A stretch of 64,000 bases of DNA. It comes from the human T2T-CHM13v2.0 reference genome, Homo sapiens. The notes below the pieces were generated by a model. The model worked only from the letters and a program-made list of their open reading frames with translations. It was not told the DNA's origin and ran no database searches. The translations under genes were made by a program, and so were the position numbers. Of the stretch, positions 33,530 through 50,033 are shown piece after piece; within the stretch, counting starts at the first letter, position 1; each line of letters starts with the position of its first letter. The DNA is taken from the NCBI RefSeq assembly GCF_009914755.1, contig NC_060927.1. One strand, given 5' to 3'.

Positions 33530-33547
33530 ATCCCACTTCTGACACCA
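33530..33547 (-). promoter_or_regulatory. Primer-binding site complementary to the tRNA-Leu 3' end
   Basis: Minus strand TGGTGTCAGAAGTGGGAT, 2 nt after the 5' LTR. Confidence 0.8.
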
Positions 33548-33549
33548 TC

Positions 33550-34026
33550 TATTAAAAGAAAATCTTCAGCTGAATTAAATTTAAAGGAACTTAATTGAGC
33601 AATGAATGATTCACGAATCAGGCAGCCCCCAGAATCACAGCAGATTTGGTGAGACTCCAGCACAGCTACATGGTGGAAGATTTATAGACAATAAAGGGAA
33701 CGTGATGTACAGAAATCTGAAGTGAGGAGTGAGGTCCAGAAGCAACTGGGTCCGTTACAGTTCTCAGCAGTGAGGTCCAGAAACAACTGGACTGGTTACA
33801 GTGCTCAGCATTTGCCTTATTTGAACACAGCTGAACACTCAGCAGTGTGTGAGTGGCAGAAGTTTGGCTGTTGGGATTGGCCAGGACTCAGCTATAGTTA
33901 CAGGTGCATACTCCAAAGTTAGGTTATCAGTCTTTCTACCTATTAAGTTAGGTTGCAGTTTGTCCACAGGGACTCAAATCTAGAAGTACAGAGTCCTTCC
34001 CAGGCCATATTTAGTTCACTGTAACA
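33550..34026 (-). mobile_element. 5' LTR (MER57B-like)
   Basis: Minus strand begins TGTTACAGTGAACTAAATATGGCCTGGGAAGGACTC; aligns by eye with 19717-20115. Confidence 0.85.
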
Positions 34027-34437
34027 GTTCCTATTATGACCTCACTGACAGTTCTTTTTCTCTGAATTTTCCTTTCTTCTCAACAGCTTGTCCAAATGTT
34101 CCATTGGTCCCTGTTCATCCCGCCCTGCAGCTCTCCTTGACTGATTCTGCCCTTTGTGGTTTGCAGTCCTGTTTCTCTACAGCTTGGACCCCTTCAATCT
34201 TTCCATCATAGGTTTAACTCTCTGTTGAATTCTTATTTGTAGCTACGCAAATGTTACCTTAAGCTAAAAAAATTCAAAGTGAAAGCCACATCCTCCTCTC
34301 TTCCCTTATGTGTATGGTATTACTACCATGCAGCCAGTGACCCAAAATGGGATTTTTTCTGGGCTTTTCTTGCTTAGATTCAGGCTCATCTGGTGTCAAG
34401 CCTTGTTACTTTTGTTTCCTTGTTCTTTTATTTTTAA

Positions 34438-34731
<294 letters not shown>

Positions 34732-35454
34732 TGCTTGTTGTTTTCATCTCATCCTGATTTCTGAATACAGGAGAGGAGCTGAGTTGGTGTTCACTAACAA
34801 GCACAGAAGCTTTGTTACATTTACAGTGTCATTCTTGGCAAAACCTGAATGGTATGTTTCTGGGGTGATGAGGTTCAGTCCCCTGTGACCTGTGCATCTG
34901 GCCAACACTGTGGTGACATCCTTAGGAATCCATGGGGAGAGACAAAACATTCAGGAGTTAGTGGGTCATGTTTGACAAGGGCCAATAAAGAAATATGCAA
35001 AGACAAAAAACAAGAAGAACATTATCATATTTTATACCTTTTGTTTATATAAATTTATGTCAATGATTGTAGCTTATGTTAATATGCAATGTATACAATA
35101 TGCTAACATATACAATATATGTTTATAGTTTAAACATTTCTGTCATGTTTTCAGATTCTTTAAAGATTATATTACACTTCCTATTTCAGATAGCTGTTTA
35201 AAATGAGTAAGGAAAAACGGATGTGTGCATCAGTTCTAACTGTTTATGGACTAAAACTAGTTGATTTCTTGGTTAAGAACAAAAAGTGACAACCTAATTA
35301 ACTGAAAATTTTAAGTAGGCAATTATGGTTTTAGCTTTAATGTAAAATATTAACTATGCTCCATTCTTGCATTTTTAACCTAATACTCAATATAAATCGC
35401 CACATGCCATGTTTCAGATCAAGGTTCTACTTGTGATCTCTCATGAGTTTTTCA

Positions 35455-37510
35455 AGGTTTTAATTATCTGAGATGTAACAATGTACCCGTAACCTTACTG
35501 GCTTAAACCAGGAATTTATTCTTTTTACATGTCACAATTTTCTGGGTCAAGACACTGGACAGAGCGGTGTGGGTTGGTTGCTTCATGATGTCCCTGGTCT
35601 CATCTGGAAGGACTCTAGTGGCTGGGGACGTGAAGCAGGCACCCAGAAGGACTCTAGTGGCTGGGGACACGGAGCAGGCACCCAGCCCTCTCTTTGTGGC
35701 CAGCACGGACTTCCTTCCAGTCTGGTAGCATCAGGTAGTCAGGTTTGTCTGGCTTCTCCCAGGGTGTGTGTCCAAGAGGCCCAGGCAGAAGCTGTAAGGT
35801 CTCTCATGATCATCCCTCAGAAGTCCCAGAGCATCTCTCCTGCCACACTGTCCAGTTGTACTCATCACTGAGACCAGCCATGATTCAAGGGGGAAAGGTG
35901 ATTAGATTTCACCTCTTGATGAGAAGCATAGTAGGAACCTGCAGCAGTCTTTAATAAACCACAGCTTGTCCTCTGGCCACAAACTATTAACGTTTCTCCC
36001 ACATGCAAATTATGCTTTGCCCCTCTCAAGAGCCCCAGAATGGTTTTCCTTATGGCACTGGCTAGTAGCCCAACTGAATCCTGAATCAGGTTGTGGTGGC
36101 TTGTCATCTGCACCCACACACACTCAGCTGCAGTGAGGACTGAATCAGGTTGTGGTGGCCTGTCATCTGACCCCCCACACACAGCCACAGTGGGGACTGA
36201 ATCAGGTTGTTGTGAGCTATCATCTGAGCCCACAAACTCAGCCGCAGTGAGGGGACTGCTGTGAAAACAGTCGACATTTCCCTTTAGAAGCTTTGGTGGG
36301 AGGCAAGAGGGAAGTGCTGCCCTGCAGGCCCCGTCTAACAGTTGGTCATTCCCATGGGGCGCCTGTTACAGTTCTGTGATTAGTGCCCAGTCCTGGTCCC
36401 TGAAAACGGCGCCCAGTCCTGGTCCCTGAGAATGGTGTTTGTGTCCTTTTACTCCTCCCTCTGGGCTTTTGTCATTCTCCATGTTCTTTTTCCTTCAGTG
36501 CCTGGGTTGCCGTTGACCAGCTTTCCCTGCCTTTTTCTTATGGTCAATAGGGTATTCAATGGCTTCTTTTTCATTTTTTTTCCTTTTCTTTTCTTTTCTT
36601 TTTTTTTTACTTTGGCCTTTTGAGACAAGAAATTATTTCTTTATATTTTCTCTAAATTCTGTTTGAAAACTGAACCTTCTTCTTTAGATCATGTCCCTCT
36701 CCTGTCATATTTATTCAGTGACAGTTAGGGGAGGCTGGTAGCACTTTCCATGTTCTTCCCAGATGTCTCCTTAGGCAGATCCCTGAGATGGTGCAGTGCC
36801 CTTTCAGTTTCCATGTTGTGGCCATAGTTTTCCCACAGTCCCTCAGCAAGTAACTCTCAGACCTTTTCTCCAGTTTCCAATGACATTTTCTCACCGTCCT
36901 TCAGGCCCTGACCAAGAGTCTTGATGCCCTTCCAGGTTGCATGAATGGTCCCCTTGAGGCCCAGTTACAGGTCAGCCTCACAGTCGTGTCACATATTGTA
37001 GCTTCTGATTACCACAGCAGCTCATTTCCAGCTGCCATATTCTGTTCCAGTTATCTATTCTGAAGTAAAACAACTCATTATTACTTGTTTTTTGGCTTAG
37101 AGAGTCTTGGTGGCCAGCTCATCTCACACACAGTTGCAGCCAAGCTGGATTGTGTGAAAGCACAGTGGGGTGGTGTGCAGGGTGGCTCACTAGTGGTTGG
37201 GAGTGGATGTTGCTGGAGGCTCACTAGTTGTTGGGAGTCGGTGTTGCTGGAGGCTCAGTGGGGGATGTCAATGCGTGTAGCTAGTCATGGACTGGCCTTG
37301 TGGTTTCCATCATGAGGTCTCAGGGGAGTGGGATTTCCTGCCTGGTGACTGGCTTTCTCCTGGGTAAGTGTTCTGTTTTCTCAGCCTGGCTTCTGAAGTC
37401 CCCAAATACCAGCTTTGTCACCTTCTGTTGGCCAAATAAGTCAGTAGTCTGGTCAAGGTTTAAGGGGAATTGGTTCTCACAGAGAGAGGAGCAGGAAAGA
37501 ATTTGTCACC
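35455..37510. mobile_element. MLT1-type MaLR remnant(s), possibly LTR-int-LTR
   Basis: Two MLT1-like segments (~35455-35960, ~37040-37510) with intervening int-like sequence. Confidence 0.4.
36073..36257. repeat. Minisatellite, ~57 bp x3
   Basis: CTGAATCAGGTTGTGGTGGC..TCATCTG..CCCACACACA..CAGC..CAGTG(A/G)GGA repeated three times. Confidence 0.85.
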
Positions 37511-38349
37511 TTTAGTCCACCAGAAATGAGATTTTTATAACAAGTTTATTCCAAATACATTCCAGTTCCCCTTGTGAATACTTTTTTGACTCACAGGGTA
37601 TTTCAAAGTTTATTACTTGGTTTTCAGACATTTGAGGCTTTTCTGGATATCAATTTGTTGTTGGTTTCTAATTTAATTTCAAGTGTTCAGACAACATCCT
37701 TTGTATACTATTTCAGGCTTGAACCTTTTCTCAATCCATCGACATACAGTCTATCTTGGCACTGCCAAGTACCATTTGGGTCAGGATTTTGTCATTTAGA
37801 TCCGTATTTTTCCTATATTTTTATCTGGTTGTTCCGTCAGTTACTGAGAGAGCAGTATTAATTCACCAGCTATAATTTTGGATTGTCAATTTCCTGCTTT
37901 TGTTCTGTTGTTTTTGATTCACATACTTTGAGGCTCTGTGTGTGTGTGTGTAGTTTGTGTGCACTTTGAGGCACAATTTATAATTGTAACATCATCCTCT
38001 CTGATTCTTTTATTTTTATTAAATTACCCTGTTTATTTCTGGTGATATATTTTGTTCTGAAGCCTCTTTCATCTAGTGTTAACATCTCTGTTGAAGCTTT
38101 TTATGATTAGTGTCTGGATAGCATATTTTTATGTTTAGCATCTGCATAGCATATTTTTTCTCATACTTTGTGTCTTTGTGTTTAAATTGTGTCTCTGTGG
38201 ATGCCATATTGTTGGGTCTTGCCTTCCTCTCAGGTCTGGCAGTCTCTGTCTTAAGTAGAGTATTTGTCCACTTACATTGTAACTAATCATTGCTAAGGTT
38301 GGATTTAGGTCTGCCATTTTTCTACTTATTTTCTATTTGTTTGTTTATT

Positions 38350-38635
38350 TTTTTTTAAGACAGGGTCTTGTTCTGTCACCCAGACTGTAGTGCAATGGTG
38401 CAATCTTGGCTCACTGCAACCTCTGCCTCCCAGGCCCAACCAATCCTCACTTGAGCCCCCTGAGTAGCTGGGACTACAGGTGCATGGCACCACACCTGGC
38501 TAATTTTTATATTTTTGTAGAGATAGGGTTTTGCCATGTTGCACAGGCTGGTCTTGAACTACTGAGCTCAAGCAATCTACCCACCTTGGCCTCCCAAAGT
38601 GTTCAGATTACAGGCATGAGCCACCATGCCTGGCC
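38350..38635 (-). mobile_element. Alu (AluJ-like)
   Basis: Reverse Alu with GAGCTCAAGCAATC. Confidence 0.9.
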
Positions 38636-38746
38636 TTCGTCTGTCTTTTGATCTTCTATATATTCTTTCCTAACTTCTTTTGGGTTAAATATTTCTAAAT
38701 ATTCCAGTTTGATTAATCTTTTGGCTTTTGGAAATAATTTTTTATA

Positions 38747-39046
<300 letters not shown>

Positions 39047-40941
39047 TTATAAATAATTTATAATTTCGAATTTTGGTAACAAACACATACCTTAAAATTT
39101 ACCATCATAACCAGTTGTAAGTATACAGTTTTGTAGAGTTAAGAATATTTACATTGTTGTGTAGCAGATTTCTAGATTTTTTTTTATCTTAGAAAACTCT
39201 ATACCCATTCAACAACTATTAATTTCCCCTTCCTTCCACCTCCTGGCAAGTACTATTCTACTTTGTGTTTCTAAAAATTTGGCTTATATACCTAGGGTTA
39301 TATAATATTTGTTTTTTAAGTAGGTTCCATGTTATGTGCAGATGTGTCAGGATTTTCTTCCTTTCTATGGCTGAATAATATTTCTTCATATATATATATT
39401 TTCTCTCTCTATATATATATGTATATTCTTTTGTTTATCCATCTATTCCTGGATGGACGTTTTGGTTTCTTCCACCTCGTGGCTATGTAATGCTCCTGTG
39501 AACACAGGTGTGCACATATCTGTTTGAGGTCCTGCTACTAGTTATTCTGTCTCTGTAGAAGTTGGATGGCTGGATCATATGGTCATTTTATTTTATTTTT
39601 TTGAGGAGCCAGTTAATATTTCCACCAACAGTGTTCAAGTGTTTCAGTTTCACCTGCACTTGTTACTTTCTGTTGGGTTTGAAGTGATGTCCCATTGTGG
39701 TTTCTATTTGCATTTCTCTAATGATTAGTGATGTTACACATCTTCTCATATATCTCATGTATCTGTTGGCTATTTGTATATCATCTTTGCATCTTTGGAT
39801 GAATGTTCTTTGTCCATTTTTTAATCACTTTATTTTGTTGTGTTGTAGCTGGGTTTTTTGGTCATGAGCATTCATTTATCTCACAGTTCATTCTTGTTAC
39901 TTGGGCCAGGGTCATGATCATTCATTATCTCTCAGTTCATCCTCATTACGTTGGGCAAACAGTCATGCTGCAGGGTATAGATTATGTTATTCTGTTACTT
40001 TCAGGTAGAATTCGGGTCTAGGTTCTAATTGTTTCTAAGTTTAGATTCTGAATGAGAATCAGCAGAGGTAGACCACTGCTGCTGAGGCCTGGGGATTGCT
40101 GGGAAAAAGGCAGGAAACAGATACTGACCTGACCATGGAGGGTTTATGTTTCACGGCTCCCATCTGGGTACCCAAGGAACCTACATGTAGCTCGTGTGTG
40201 GAGAGCCTACATTGCCCACTCAAAGCAATTGAGGATGGAACAGTCTTGGGGCTGGAGCTCATTATTTGGAATGATAACCACATCTGCACAGAGAGGACCT
40301 GATAAGATGTTGTCCTTCCATGTATATCTGGGAATCCTGTGTAGGGTCTCTCTGTAAGGACAGGGGCAGTGTTGGCTCCTTGGCCTCTAGTTAGCTTCAC
40401 AAGTAGTCTAGTAAAGGCTTTGCAAACTTGTCACCATCTGTGGACATTCTGGCCAGCTCTTGTTTTCACCCTACTGACTTCTTCAGACACTAGGCTTTTG
40501 CTTTAGACCATTCATGGTTTTCTTCCTCTTCAAATCAGTAATCAATAAATCGCCTTCAAGTCAATAAATTTCCACTCCTTTAGGAAACCCTGATCTTCTG
40601 GTCACACCAAGGTTTAATTAACTGGTTTGATTGTTTTTCTGTTTTCTTGGATTTTTTTTCCTTCTTCCTGGGGGTTTCTAGTAATTCTAGTTTGATGTCT
40701 CACTTTCTCCATTTTTTATTTCTTAGTTTTCTTCTGTGATTATTTTCACTGCAGCTGCAGGGCCTAATCCTGGGTTGGCAGAGAACTAGCACTTACTCTG
40801 CCCTAATTGGAATCCAGGAGAGATAGCAGGTTCCCTAGTGTGAAAATGTGTTTGCTCCTCTCTGCTTCTGGTAGTCTCTCTGTAGGAGTTCTTTACGCAT
40901 TCTGAATGTTCACTTCTTATGAGATACATGATGTGCAACTA

Positions 40942-41154
40942 TAGGTTGAATGTCTCTGATCCAAAAATCTGAAATCCCAAATGCTCCAAAGTCTGAAACT
41001 TTTTGAGTGCCAACATGACACTCAAAGGAAATGCTTATTGGAGCATCTCAGACTCAGGTGTTTGAATTTGAGATCCTCAACCAGTAAGAATAATGCAAAT
41101 ATTACAAAATCTGAAACACATCCCAAGCATTTCAAATAAGGGACACTAAACTGG
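40942..41154. mobile_element. Tigger4a/MER46-like MITE
   Basis: TA-flanked (C/T)AGGTTGA..AAAAATCTGAAATCC..ATGCTCCAAA and terminal ATAAGGGACACTAAACTG. Confidence 0.7.
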
Positions 41155-41884
41155 TATTTTTTTTAATTTTACAGTTTGCCTTTTACCCTGTTGGTTGTGA
41201 CCTTTGAGGTACAGAAGTTTTTAGGTTTGATATATTTTTGCTTTTACTGCCTGAGCTTTTAATGTCATATCCTAAAAATTATTGACAAATTCATCGTCAT
41301 AAAGCATTTTCCAAATTTGTTTTCCCTAGGAGTTTGATAGTTCTAGTTTTACATTTAGGTTTATAATTCACTTTGAATTGATTTTAACGTGGTGTAAGGT
41401 AAGAGTCCAACTTCATTGTTTTGCATGTAGTTATACAATTTTCCCATCACCACTTGTTGAAGAAACTGTGCTTTGCCATTGAGTGGTCTTGGCATCCTTC
41501 TGGAAGATCATCGGACCATATATGCCAGGGTTGGTTTCTGAGGTCTCTGTTGTGTTGGTCCATAAGTGTGTCAAGAGTGTCTTTATGCCATGACCACATT
41601 TTTTTTTTTTGGCTTATTGCAGTTTTGTAATTGCTTTGAGACCTTTAATTTTGTTCTGTTTCAAGATTGATTTGCCTATTCATGGGCCCTGGAGATTCCA
41701 TATGAGTTTTAGGATAGGTTTTTCTGTTTATCAAAAATGTCATTGGAATCTTTATAAGGATTGTATTGAATCTAGGTCACTTCGAGTAGTGTTGACATCA
41801 TTCCAAGATGAAATCATCTAATTTGCAAACCCAGCTTTTCTTTTCATTTATTTGTGTTTAATTTCTTTTAACAGTGTTTTGTAG

Positions 41885-42649
<765 letters not shown>

Positions 42650-43680
42650 TCTTTTTAAAATTTTATTTGCAGATTGTTCATTGTTAGTTTATAGAAATGG
42701 AACTGACTTGTGTGTGTTACTGTATCCTGAAACTTTGTTGAATTTCATTATTCTACCAGTATTTTGTGGAATTTCCGGATTTTTACACATTACATCATGT
42801 TGTCTGTGAACAAAATTTTGTACTTTTTCCTTTCCAGTTTGCATGCTTTTTATTACTTTCTCTTGCCTAATTATTCTGAGTAGAAATTCCAGTACTGTGG
42901 TGAATAGAAGTGGCAGGAAGAGATGTTGCTATCTTATTCCTGATCCTAGAGGAAAAGATTTTAGTTTTTCACCATTCAGTATGATGTTAGCTGTGAGCTT
43001 TTCATGTATAATCTTTATTTACTGAGGAGTTTCCATATATTACTAATTCTTTGAGTGTTTTTATTACAAAAGGTGTTCATCTGGCTCTGGAACCAGATAA
43101 ATGTTGACCTGATAGAATGGATTGGAATGTCCCCTTCTGGTTTTTGAACATTTTTGGAATATTTTGCAAAGGGCTGGCATTAATTCTTCTTGAAATGTTT
43201 GGTAAAATTTTCCAGTGAAGTTATCTGGAACTGGAATTTTCTTTTTTGGGGGGTTTTTGATTACTGGTTGAATCTTCTTACTAGTTACAGGTCTCTTTGG
43301 ATTTTTTATTTCTCCATGATGCAGTATGGTGGTTTGTGTTTCTAGGAATTTATAAATTTATTCTAGGTTGCCCAGTTCTGTGGCATATGGTTGCTCACAT
43401 TAGTCTCTTGTAATCTTTTTCATTTCTGTGGAATCTGTTGTACTGTCACCTCTTTTATTTATGATTTTAGTATTTGAGATTTCTCTTTTTTTCTTAATAT
43501 AGCTGTGAGTTTTAAAATTTTTATTGATCTTTAAAAAAACAAACTCAGTGGTTTCTTTTTCCTTTTTTTCTGGTCTTATTCTGCTTATCTCTGTTCTAAT
43601 CTGTTATTTTCTTCCTTTTGCTTGGTTTGTCATTAGTTTTTTTTTTTTTTTTCCCTTTAGGTGTAATGTTAGGTTATTGA

Positions 43681-43800
43681 TTTGAGATCTTTCTTCTTTT
43701 TAATTTAATCACCTGCAGCTATAAGCTTCCCTTTAGCATGGCTTTGAGATCTTTCTTCTTTTTAATTTAAGCATCTGCGGCTGTAAGCTTCCCTTTAGCA
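43681..43800. repeat. Tandem duplication, ~62 bp x2
   Basis: TTTGAGATCTTTCTTCTTTTTAATTTAA..AAGCTTCCCTTTAGCA twice. Confidence 0.9.
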
Positions 43801-44001
43801 CTGCCTTTGTTGCCTCCTCCTGAGTTTGGGTATGTCATGGTTTTGTTTTCATTTGCTTAAACATTTTTTTGTCCTATTGTAATATAATTGTGTTGTTTTT
43901 AATAAAGGTAATTAATGAAACACATAATGAATTGTGCTTCTGTTTTTATAATATTTTAAGCATTCTTAACTCAGAAATGTAAATTTTAGAAAAAAATTCC
44001 A

Positions 44002-44342
<341 letters not shown>

Positions 44343-44460
44343 TCAATTTAGAAACTATGATCTCCTAAGTGTATTGACACAGCAACCTGACATAAAGATA
44401 AAGAATAATAAGTATATAACAAAACGGAAACTTGCAAATACCTTTTTTAATTAATTTTTA

Positions 44461-45427
<967 letters not shown>

Positions 45428-45551
45428 AATATATACATCTTAATGAGTTTAGAGATAAGTATTCGCCCCAGGACTCATCACAACAAATAATGCCGTAAAC
45501 TTGACCATCACTCCCCATATATTTCTCATTCTGACCCTTTTTAAAAAATGA

Positions 45552-45882
<331 letters not shown>

Positions 45883-46129
45883 TTATTTTAAGTGTACAAT
45901 ACAGGACGGCCATGCATCAGAGATATATGTGGGTTTGGTTCCAGACCACTGCAATAAAGTGAGTTATACAATTTCTTTTGGTTTTCCAGTGCATGTAAAA
46001 GTATGTTTATACTGTGCTGTATAAAGTGTGCAATAGCATATGTCTACAAAGTGTTCACACTTTAATTTACAAATACTTTATTGTTAACAAGTGCTAACAG
46101 TCATCTGAGCCTTCAGAAAGCTGCAATCT

Positions 46130-46396
46130 TTTTTTTTGTGCGTGACAGGGTTTTACTCTGTGGCTCAGGCTAGAGTAATTGCAGTCTCAACCTCATGCTC
46201 AATCAAACCCCCACCTCAGACTCCTGACTAGCTGGAACTACAGATACATGCCACCATGACCAGCTAATTTTTGTATTTTTTTTTTTTTGTAGAGATGGGG
46301 TTTTGCCATGTTGCCTTGACTTCCTGGGCTCAAGCAATCTACCCACCTTGGCCTCCCAAGGTGTTGGGATGACAGGTGTGAGCCACTGCACCTGGC
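46130..46396 (-). mobile_element. Alu (AluJ-like), degraded
   Basis: CCTGGGCTCAAGCAATC, reverse Alu. Confidence 0.85.
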
Positions 46397-46974
46397 CAAG
46401 TTTCAGTCTTCTTGCTGATGGAGGGTCTTGCCTTAATATAAGGTGGTTGTTGCTGAGCGTTGGGGTGGCTGTGGCAATTTCTTAAAATAAGACACCATTG
46501 AAGTTTGCTGTGTCAATTGACTCTCCCTTTCACAAAAGAATTATCTGTAGCATACGATGTTGTTTGATAGCTTTTTACCCACAGTAGAACTTTCAAATTG
46601 GATTCAATCCTGTCAAACCTTCGTACAGCTGTACCAACTAAGTTTATGTATTATTGTAAATCATTGTGTCAATCCTGTCAAGCCCTCCTTCTGCTGTACC
46701 AACTAAGTTTATTCTAAATCTGTTGTCATCTCAACATTGTTTACACTGTCTTCACCACGAGTAGATTTCATCTCAAGAAACCACTTTCTTTGCTCATCCT
46801 TGGAAGCAACTCATCCACTCACGTTTTCTCCGGAGGCTGCTGCAGTCTCGCCAGATCTTCAGGCTCTGTCTCTGATTCTAGTGCTCTTGTTATTTCCACC
46901 ATATCTGCAGTTACCTCCTCCACAGAAGTCGTGAACCCCTGTGTCATCTGTGAGGGTTGGAATAATCTTCCCAA

Positions 46975-47278
<304 letters not shown>

Positions 47279-47650
47279 CCAACTTCTCCTAATGTTGCTA
47301 TTTTGATCTTATTTTTTAAATCATGAATGTTCTCAATGACATCTAGAATGGTGAATCCTTTCCAGTAGGTTTTCAATTATTTTGCCCAGATCCATCAAAG
47401 GAATCACTTTCTAGAGAAGTTATAGCTTTATGAAATATATTTTTAAGTGATAAGACTTGAAAGTTGAAATTATTCTTTGATCCAAGGGCACCAGAATGAA
47501 TGTTGGGTTAGTAGGCATGAAAACAATATTCAGCTCTTTGTACATCTCTGTAAAAGCCCTTGAGTACCAGGGGCATTGTCAGTGAGCGGTAATACTTTGA
47601 AAGGAATCTTATTTCTTGAGCAGTAGGTGTCAACAGTGGGCTTCAGATAT

Positions 47651-47896
47651 TCAGTAAACCATATTTGTAAGCCGATAGTCTGTCATCCAGGCTTTGTTCC
47701 CATTTGTAGAGTACAGACAGAGCTGTGTTTTATCATAATTCTTCAGGGCCCTTGGATTTTCAGAATAGTAAATCATCATTGGTTTCAAGTTAACATCACC
47801 AACTGCATTAGCCCTTAACAAAAGAGTCAGCATGTCCTTTGAAGCCTTAAAGCCAGGCATCAACTCCTCTCTAGCTGGGAACATCCTAGATGGCAT
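47651..47896 (-). pseudogene. Tigger1 (pogo-family DDE) transposase fragment
   Basis: [45 protein letters not shown]. Confidence 0.85.
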
Positions 47897-48134
47897 CTCC
47901 TTCTAGTAGAAGGCTGTTTTGTCTCCATTGCAAATCTATTTAGTGTTGCCATCTTAATCAGTTATCTTCTAGATAGCTTTCTGCAGCTTTTCCATCAGTA
48001 CTTGCTGCTTTATCTTGCGCTTTTATGTTATGGAGATGACTTTTTTCCTTAAACCTCAAGAAACAAGCTCTTCTAGCTTCAGACTTTCCTTCTGCAGCTG
48101 CCTCACCACTCTAACTCTTCATAGAATTGAAGAG

Positions 48135-48501
<367 letters not shown>

Positions 48502-49436
48502 CTAGACCAACTAAACTTTCTTCATAACAGCAGCAAGATTGTTTAGCTTTTTATCATTCATGTGTTCACTGGAGCAGTACTTTAAATTTCTTTCCAGAAC
48601 ACTTCGTTTGCATTCACAACTTGGCTAAGTGTTTGTTGCATGAGGTCTAGCTACTGGCCTGTCTTGCTTACAGCATGCCTTCCTCACTAAGCTTAATTAT
48701 TTCTTCCTTTTGGTTTAAAGTGACAGACATGCAACTCTTCTTTCATGAACATATAGAGGCTATTGTAGGGTTATTAATTGGCCACATTTTAATATTAATA
48801 AAAAGAAGCCTGAGAAAAAGAGAAAGAGAAATGGCCCGTTGGTTGGGCAGTCAGAACAAACGCATTTGTCAATTGTTTGCTGTCTTATCCTGGTGTGATT
48901 TGTGGTTCCCAAAACAATGACAACAGTAGCATTAAAGATCACTGATTACAGATCACCACAACAGATTCAATAATAAAAATCTTAAAATACTGTGAGAATG
49001 ACCGAAATGTGACACAGAGACGTGAAGTGAGCACGTGCTGTAGGAACAATGGTGCCAGTGAGACCTGCTTATTGCAGGGTGGCCACAAACCTTCAATACG
49101 TAAAACACATGGTCACAAAACACAATAAAGCAAAGTGCAGTGAAACAAGATGTGTCTGTCTTTTGATAGACTCTGACAATCTCTACCTTTGAATTGGTAC
49201 ATTCATACCATTAACATTCAAAGTGATTATTGATATCATTGGATTAATATCTACTATATTTGTTACTGTTTTCTATTCATTCTCCTCAGTCTTCATTCTT
49301 TTGTCTACCACTCTTTTTCTGCCTTTTGCAGTTTTCATTGATGATTTTAGATGACTCCATTTTCCCTGTCTTTCTTAGTACATACTTCTCTTTTTAAAAC
49401 TTTTTTTTAACTAGTTGCCACAGAATTTGCAATATA

Positions 49437-49722
49437 CATTTACAACCAATTCAAGTCCACTTTCAAATAACACTATCCAACTATCCCACAAATAAGACTA
49501 CCTGCTTAACAAACAAAACACCTAATTCCTCAGTAACATTTACAACCAATTCAAGTCCACTTTCAAATAACACTATCCCACTATCCCACAAATAAGACTA
49601 CCTGCTTAACAAAGAACACACCTAATTCCTCAATATACATTTACAACCAATTCAAGTCCACTTTCAGATAACACTATCCCACTTCACGGGTGACTACCTG
49701 CTTAACAAAGAAAACACCTGAT
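49437..49722. repeat. Tandem repeat, ~100 bp x3
   Basis: CATTTACAACCAATTCAAGTCCACTTTCA(A/G)ATAACACTATCC..GACTACCTGCTTAACAAA three times. Confidence 0.9.
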
Positions 49723-50033
49723 TCCTCCCTCCCATCCTTCCATTCCATTCCTTGTATTATTGTTCCTTATTTCACTTGTGTATAAGCATGCATAATCTAT
49801 CTGTGTGTATTTATTATTATCTACAAACTTATTGGTCAGATCAATTATGAATAAATACATGTTTTTATTGTACCACAATGCCTCCCTACCATCCTTCCAT
49901 TCCATTCCTTGTATTAGTGTTACTCATTTCAATTGTATATAAGCATACATAATATAACTGTATTTGTTATTGTCTATGATCTTCTTGGTCAGATCAATTA
50001 AGAATAAATACATAGGTTTTTATTGTACCACAA
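49723..50033. repeat. Tandem duplication, ~155 bp x2
   Basis: CCTCCCT.CCATCCTTCCATTCCATTCCTTGTATTA..GGTCAGATCAATTA.GAATAAATACAT..TTTTTATTGTACCACAAT twice. Confidence 0.9.

Noticed and set aside
33530-33547. 18-nt match to a tRNA-Leu 3' end including CCA
   Set aside because: Not a tRNA gene; it is the retroviral primer-binding site.
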